From contig JBBQKQ010000004.1 of NCBI GenBank assembly GCA_038326985.1, positions 1-60,975 of the forward strand: a stretch of DNA of 60,975 bases, given 5' to 3'. Position 1 is the stretch's first letter, and each line of letters opens with the position of its first letter. Below the pieces are notes generated by a model. The model was not told where the DNA came from and made no database searches. It saw only the letters and a program-made list of their open reading frames with translations. Source of the stretch: Minisyncoccia bacterium (GTDB taxonomy: Bacteria > Patescibacteriota > Minisyncoccia > Phycocordibacterales > UBA5272). Below, piece by piece: positions 55,725 to 60,975 of the stretch. Both the position numbers and the translations under genes were made by a program.

Positions 55725-57043
55725 GAAATAATTTTTATATCAGCCCCAATAGAATTTAATCGTTTTGCTATTTCCTCATATCCACGGTTTATGGAGTAAA
55801 CATTGCGCAAAATAGAAGTACCAGTAGCGCCAAGCATAGCTATCATGATTATCATAGCTGGTCGGAGTGCTTCGGGACAAACTATTTGAGCAGCTTTAAA
55901 CTTTGTCGGTCCATACACAAAAACTCTGTGTGGGTCTAGAAGTACAATATTACCTTTTAGTCGATTGAGCTCGGTAAAGTAAATTGCGCGGTTTTCCCAC
56001 ATCCAGTCATTGATAAGTGTGCGCCCTTTTGCCATTGCGCAAATCGGTACAAAAAATGGTAAATTGTCGACGTTTATCCCTGGGTACGGCTGAGAGTGAA
56101 GCTTGTCTGGAGGAGCTGTCAGTTTGGAAGGAAAAATAGTAATGTCAGACAAAATAGTACGCTGGTTTTTGGAAAAGTACTCTTTGGATTTTGTAAATTT
56201 CAAACCCATTTTTTTTAATTTATAAAGCTCGAGCTCCAAAAATCTTATTGGACACCTTTCTACAGTGAGTTCTGAGTTGGTAACAATAGCAGCGGAGAAA
56301 AACATCATACTTTCTATTGGGTCTTCAGAATTATAAAACTCTATTTCGGTGTCGATTTTCTCCACACCGTGAACTACTAAAGTTGTAGTGCCTATTCCTT
56401 CAATTTTTACTCCACACTTTTCTAAGAAAAAACAAACGTCTTGTACTTGGTAGTTTGGAGGAGCAAATTTTATAGTCGTTATACCTGGAATAAGAGACGC
56501 ACAAATAAGCGCGTTTTCAGTAGCAGTATCACTACTTTCATACATTATTATCTCTTGATTCTTCTTAAATTTGTTAATATTTATTTCATAGTACTCCTCT
56601 TTTGTAGTTATTTTAACTCCTAAGTTTTCAAGAGCGTATCTGTGCGCAGAAATGGTTCTATTTCCCATTTTACAGCCTCCTGCGTGTGGTAAATTGAATT
56701 TAGGTACTTTGTGCACAAGTGAGCCTATCATCATGAGGGCAGAGCGAATTTTGGCTGCAGAGTCAATACTTAGATTGCCCATTTTATAATTTTTTGGTGG
56801 AGTAATTTCAAGACTATTTTTGGAAATCCAAGTTAGTTTCACACCGATACTTTCAAAAACTTCTAAAATACGCTTCACCTCTTCTATTTGAGGAATATTA
56901 TGTAAAATTGTTTTATTGTCATTTAAAAGCGATGCACAGAGAAGTCCCATTGCACCGTTTTTGCTTGGGTTGGTTTTTATTTTACCACTAAGTTTTTTCC
57001 CACCTACTATTTGAAAATCCAGTGTTTTGTCAGCATTTTGCAT
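55721..57043 (-). CDS. murA: UDP-GlcNAc 1-carboxyvinyltransferase
   Basis: SKNG, GGCKMGNR, ATEN, QPYPG, WENR, INRGYE. Confidence 0.93.
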   Translation of the reverse strand: MQNADKTLDFQIVGGKKLSGKIKTNPSKNGAMGLLCASLLNDNKTILHNIPQIEEVKRILEVFESIGVKLTWISKNSLEITPPKNYKMGNLSIDSAAKIRSALMMIGSLVHKVPKFNLPHAGGCKMGNRTISAHRYALENLGVKITTKEEYYEININKFKKNQEIIMYESSDTATENALICASLIPGITTIKFAPPNYQVQDVCFFLEKCGVKIEGIGTTTLVVHGVEKIDTEIEFYNSEDPIESMMFFSAAIVTNSELTVERCPIRFLELELYKLKKMGLKFTKSKEYFSKNQRTILSDITIFPSKLTAPPDKLHSQPYPGINVDNLPFFVPICAMAKGRTLINDWMWENRAIYFTELNRLKGNIVLLDPHRVFVYGPTKFKAAQIVCPEALRPAMIIMIAMLGATGTSILRNVYSINRGYEEIAKRLNSIGADIKIIS

Positions 57044-57073
57044 AAGGAAACTTATTTGTTATCATAACATATC

Positions 57074-58072
57074 ATGCTTAATATTGTATACAACCCAGAA
57101 ACTAAAGATCTTTCCTCTATGAGAGTATTGGCAAGTCCTGCAAAAATACTTGTAAATATAGAAAATGATGAAGAGTTGGAAAGGTTTATAAATAGTTTAA
57201 AGGATAAAGAAATTAAAAATATTTTTGTAATTGGGGATGGGACAAATACTGTTTTTGTAAATAAAAATAATAATCTAATTTTGATAAAATTAAATTTTCA
57301 AGAAATTATTATTAGTGATAATGATGTAGAAGTTGGAGCAGGGGTTAACTGGGATGATTTTGTTGTAAAATATATTGAGATGGGTGGGGTGGGAATGGAG
57401 ATGCTTTCCAAAATTCCTGGAACTATTGGTGCAGCACCAGTGCAAAATATCGGCGCATATGGTGAAGAAGTTTCTAACTTTATAAACCAAGTTTCGGTTT
57501 ATGATTTAGCAGATAAAAAATTTAAGACTTTAGAAAATTGTGACTGTGAATTTACATACAGAAATTCTATTTTTAAAAAACAAAAAAATAGATTCATAAT
57601 TTTGAGTGTGACATTTGAAATAAAAAGGGCAAGCCTCACCCCCGACCCCTCTCCTACAGAGAGGGGAGAAGTGCAAACAGTTCAAGAAAAGAGAGAAGAA
57701 ATAATAAAAATTAGAGAAAGTAAATTACCAGACCCAAAAATTGTTTATAATTGTGGCTCATTTTTTAAAAATATTTTCTTGGATAAAGAAGAAGTAGAAA
57801 GAGTGAAAAAAATATTTCCAGAAATTCCAGTTTTTGCACAAGGTGAACAGTTTAAAATTCCCACAGCTTACGTTTTAGAAAAACTTGGTTTTAAAAATTA
57901 TAATGAAAATTTCTGGAATGGTAATTTTGCTACTTATAAAAACCATGCCTTAGTTATAATTTCTAATGGTGAGGGTGATGCAAAAGAGTTTTTAGAATTT
58001 ATAAATAAAATAAAAAAAACAGTTTATGATAAAACTGCTTTAATTATTGAAGAAGAAGTAAACCTAATTTAG
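57074..58072 (+). CDS. murB: UDP-N-acetylmuramate dehydrogenase
   Basis: GDGTN, IPGTIGAAPVQNIGAYG, FTYRNSIFK, NCGSFFKN, HAL, EEEV. Confidence 0.93.
   Translation: MLNIVYNPETKDLSSMRVLASPAKILVNIENDEELERFINSLKDKEIKNIFVIGDGTNTVFVNKNNNLILIKLNFQEIIISDNDVEVGAGVNWDDFVVKYIEMGGVGMEMLSKIPGTIGAAPVQNIGAYGEEVSNFINQVSVYDLADKKFKTLENCDCEFTYRNSIFKKQKNRFIILSVTFEIKRASLTPDPSPTERGEVQTVQEKREEIIKIRESKLPDPKIVYNCGSFFKNIFLDKEEVERVKKIFPEIPVFAQGEQFKIPTAYVLEKLGFKNYNENFWNGNFATYKNHALVIISNGEGDAKEFLEFINKIKKTVYDKTALIIEEEVNLI
57633..57668 (+). repeat. 36-bp GC-rich palindromic element in frame within murB
   Basis: GCCTCACCCCCGACCCCTCTCCTACAGAGAGGGGAG (LTPDPSPTERGE). Confidence 0.8.
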
Positions 58073-59490
58073 TGTTGTTCTACAAAAGTAAGAGCAATAC
58101 CTTTTTTACCAGCGCGACCAGTACGACCTATTCGGTGCGTATAGTCTTCGTAGTTTTCAGGTATGTCGTAGTTTATCACGTGTGTTACGTCTTTTATATC
58201 CAGCCCACGCGAAGCTACGTCAGTTGCAATAAGAATACTTACCAAACCATCTTTAAAATCTTTGATAGCTCTGTTTCTTTGTGCTTGACGAAGGTCTCCG
58301 TGAATAAATTGAGATTTGAAACCTCGAATAGACAAGTCACGCTCAAGTTTTTCTGTACCACTTTTTGTACGACAGAAAATTATAGTTCGGTCAAAGCCAG
58401 GCTTATTCAAAGAGTCATGAAGCTTTTCTATTTTATCAGCAAGCCCAGAATATCGTATAACATCTTGGTCTACATTTTTTGCAGTCTCCTGGGATTTGAC
58501 AGAAATTTTCACTGGATTTACCATAAAACGCTGAGAAATCATTTCTATTTCTCTACTCATTGTAGCTGAGAAACAAAAAGTTTGACGATCTTCTTTTTGA
58601 CACATTGAAAGAATATTTTCTATATCTTCACGAAAACCCATGTCGAGCATTCTGTCGGCCTCGTCCAATACAACAATTGAGATATCTGATAGTTTCAAAA
58701 CTTTTCTTTTCACAAGGTCTTGAATTCTACCTGGAGTTCCAATCACAATATCATTCTTAACTTTTGCTTGCTGGATTTGTCGGAACATATTTGACCCACC
58801 AATTACCAAATGTGTCCACATTTTCATTCCTAGTGTAAAATTACGAAAATCTTTTTCAATTTGGGTAGCAAGTTCTCGAGTTGGTGCAAGGATGATGGCT
58901 TTTTTACTTGCTTCATCTTTTGTATCAATAATACTTTGTTTAATTCTGGTTATTACTGGGAGTAAAAACGCTAAAGTTTTACCTGTACCAGTGTTAGCTA
59001 TTCCCATAATATCTCGCCCTTCAAGACCAACAGGAATTGCTTTATCTTGAATTGGGGTTGGAGTATTGATGTTTAATGTTTTTAAATTTTCTAAAAGCAT
59101 TACATCAGCTTTAAAGTCTTGGAAAGTATGAGTTGGGATATACACTTCTTCTTCCGTAACAACAGCCTTTTGGATATATTTATTAATATCCACTCGACCT
59201 CCTCCACCAAATCTTCGACCTCCACCACCTCTGTTTCCACCACCAAATCCTCCTCGTGAGCTACCTCCTCCGAAAGATCTACTTCCACCACCAAAACTAC
59301 TTCTTGATCCACTTGAAAAACTTCTTTGTGGACGATCTCCATAGCTTCGCTCTTGTCTTCTATCGGGTCTTTCCGACTTCTCAGTATTTCTATCATTTCT
59401 AGTTCCAAAACCTCCACTTCTGCGTGGCTTAACACCACTCCTTTCTACGGTAAAAGATATTCTCTTTTCACCATTATTTCTATTTTGCAT
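58069..59490 (-). CDS. DEAD-box RNA helicase with RG-rich N-terminus
   Basis: ANTGTGKT, PTRELA, TPGR, DEAD, SAT, SRGLD, HRIGRTGRAG. Confidence 0.95.
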   Translation of the reverse strand: MQNRNNGEKRISFTVERSGVKPRRSGGFGTRNDRNTEKSERPDRRQERSYGDRPQRSFSSGSRSSFGGGSRSFGGGSSRGGFGGGNRGGGGRRFGGGGRVDINKYIQKAVVTEEEVYIPTHTFQDFKADVMLLENLKTLNINTPTPIQDKAIPVGLEGRDIMGIANTGTGKTLAFLLPVITRIKQSIIDTKDEASKKAIILAPTRELATQIEKDFRNFTLGMKMWTHLVIGGSNMFRQIQQAKVKNDIVIGTPGRIQDLVKRKVLKLSDISIVVLDEADRMLDMGFREDIENILSMCQKEDRQTFCFSATMSREIEMISQRFMVNPVKISVKSQETAKNVDQDVIRYSGLADKIEKLHDSLNKPGFDRTIIFCRTKSGTEKLERDLSIRGFKSQFIHGDLRQAQRNRAIKDFKDGLVSILIATDVASRGLDIKDVTHVINYDIPENYEDYTHRIGRTGRAGKKGIALTFVEQH

Positions 59491-59702
59491 TTTTAAATCT
59501 TCAAAAACTCTTTTTACTATTAATTGTTCAATCGTTCGATTATGATTGAGAAAGCACTAAATGAAAATTTGATTTAAAATTCGCTCGAAACTAAATTTAT
59601 ATGAGCAACTTTTAAGAAAAATATATTCTGCGCTTACTTGTGTAAGTTTTCAAAGATAGGTGTAGTATACACTATTTGACAATTTTGTCAAATTTATTAC
59701 TT

Positions 59703-60332
59703 TTAATAGCTAAGTCTTTTTAATTCAGATTCAATTGATGCTTGATCTATAAATTTTGCTTTTTCGAATTTCTTAGGATCAGAACGACCATAATTTCGCT
59801 CCTCATCAAAAAATGTCAAACTATTTTTACCATATAATTGCTTATTGTGTTCATAATCGTTATAAATAAAAACCTTGTAATATTTTTCAGAAACTCCCGG
59901 TTTACTTGCATCCCAAGAAATTAAAACAACTAATTTTGGAAGATCACTGTTTTTTATTTTTGTTAAAAAAAATGTTTCTAAATGTGGCGATACGCCATGA
60001 CTACTTCCATAAAGATCGATAAAAATCCTTTTAGGAATATTTAAATTGTTTTTAACATCTAAAAATCCAGAAAGGTAACTATAGTTGATTTTAGAGTTCT
60101 CATATTCATTTAAACTGTAAAAACTAGCAGTCATTGCAGTTGGTCCCCACTGAAGTTGAGTTGGACCACTTACGAGTTTTGGAGTGTCCTGATGTGATGT
60201 ACCACTTGCAACTTCAGGAGGGAAACCCAAATCCATTTGTGTTGGCTCTGCATTTTTCTTAACGGAAAGGAAAAACCAAACAACAATAATTATAAAGATA
60301 ATAATTAGAATAATTAAAATGGTTTGTTTCAT
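59703..60332 (-). CDS. Single-TM hypothetical protein
   Basis: 209 aa with N-terminal hydrophobic helix. Confidence 0.7.
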   Translation of the reverse strand: MKQTILIILIIIFIIIVVWFFLSVKKNAEPTQMDLGFPPEVASGTSHQDTPKLVSGPTQLQWGPTAMTASFYSLNEYENSKINYSYLSGFLDVKNNLNIPKRIFIDLYGSSHGVSPHLETFFLTKIKNSDLPKLVVLISWDASKPGVSEKYYKVFIYNDYEHNKQLYGKNSLTFFDEERNYGRSDPKKFEKAKFIDQASIESELKRLSY

Positions 60333-60362
60333 AAAAATATTATATCACTAATAACCAGCTTG

Positions 60363-60433
60363 TCGGGGTGCTGGGAATCGAACCCAGCCCGCATGCTCCC
60401 AAAGCATGTATACTACCAATATATTACACCCCG
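60363..60433 (-). tRNA. tRNA-Pro(UGG)
   Basis: CGGGGTGTAATATATTGGTAGTATACATGCTT-TGG-GAGCATG...GGTTCGATTCCC. Confidence 0.9.
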
Positions 60434-60461
60434 AATGAGGACTATTCTAGCACAAAATAAG

Positions 60462-60824
60462 TTATTTTGGAAGATTTATTTTCCAGTCTTGAATAAGTTT
60501 CATAAAAATTAAAAAGAAAAAGTCGCTGCCCATCTCAAAGTTTAGTTCTTTAAATATGGTTTGATATTTTGTGGAAAGTCTAAGTTGTTGTGCAAAGCAC
60601 CTTTTCTTATCTTTATCTGTTGTAAGAACAAAATTTTTAAATAGCGGCTCATCTTTAAGAGCGCCTATCAATAAGAGGAATTTAGTTTTTTCTTTAGATT
60701 TTTCGAACCATTTTTTAACTCGTTCGGGAGTAATGATATTTAATTCGGGATTCGATCCTGGTTTCTGAAATGGATTGTAGCTGGGAAGACGATTTCCTCC
60801 AAATATTTTTCTACTTTCTGACAT
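60462..60824 (-). CDS. Hypothetical protein
   Basis: 120-aa ORF, TATACT 7 nt before ATG. Confidence 0.6.
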   Translation of the reverse strand: MSESRKIFGGNRLPSYNPFQKPGSNPELNIITPERVKKWFEKSKEKTKFLLLIGALKDEPLFKNFVLTTDKDKKRCFAQQLRLSTKYQTIFKELNFEMGSDFFFLIFMKLIQDWKINLPK

Positions 60825-60901
60825 AAATGTAAGTATAGATTTTATTGGAAAATATGAAACTAGATTTTTAAAATAGATGTGGTATAATTTAAAAAATTAA
60901 T

Positions 60902-60973
60902 GGCCCCTTCGTCTATCGGTTAGGACATCACGTTTTCAATGTGAGAAGGCGAGTTCGATTCTCGCAGGGGTCA
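60902..60973 (+). tRNA. tRNA-Glu(UUC)
   Basis: GGCCCCTTCGTCTATCGGTTAGGACATCACGTT-TTC-AATGTGA...GTTCGATTC. Confidence 0.93.
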
Positions 60974-60975
60974 CA

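Noticed and set aside
59200-59400. Gly/Arg-rich repeats as a second RiPP precursor
   Set aside because: They are the RGG-type N-terminal extension of the DEAD-box helicase.
210-60768. Numerous short ORF-track entries overlapping real genes (e.g. 12087, 19994, 27444, 58072, 59100)
   Set aside because: Antisense or off-frame shadows of well-supported CDSs with no motifs of their own.
1-60975. Genome-wide UGA recoding (code 25 or 4), suggested by TGA at Gly/Trp positions at 4651, ~35866 and 54890
   Set aside because: TGA ends intact genes (rpiB, recJ, comEC-MBL; ATGA overlaps at 26564 and 37454), long conserved genes have no internal TGA, and two of the three cases are in otherwise decayed remnants.

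Overview
AT-rich, gene-dense bacterial chromosome segment read in genetic code 11. Gene content and style (CCA-less tRNAs, tRNA-Ile(UAU), VirB6-like and peptidoglycan-binding surface proteins, -10 boxes directly before start codons) suggest a Patescibacteria/Parcubacteria (CPR) genome; this is inferred, not proven. Housekeeping genes: rsmA, UvrD/PcrA helicase, ftsW-murG, rpe, rpiB, gap, a histidine kinase/receiver pair, rpmB, split comEC, rnhA, recJ, cca, rpsG, fusA, rsmI, rmuC, murA, murB, a DEAD-box helicase and 8 tRNAs. A probable oriC lies at ~30.6-30.8 kb (DnaA boxes, flanking 9-mer repeats, a cluster of parS-like sites inside cca). The most striking accessory locus is an ~11 kb block between rpsG and fusA. 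It encodes a small signal-peptide-like protein ending in an (E/Q-G)n, Cys-containing tail, a helical membrane-anchored protein, membrane-anchored rhodanese and DsbA-like proteins, and a YcaO enzyme: a candidate new RiPP / surface-peptide modification system. It is interrupted by a CDP-polyol-phosphate module flanked by two 501-bp high-GC lipoprotein cassettes. A second accessory locus next to tRNA-Ile is a C39-peptidase polymorphic toxin with an immunity/orphan-toxin array. There are also two dispersed repeat families and an M15 peptidase broken by a single in-frame TGA. All calls come from reading the sequence and motifs; no database searches were run.
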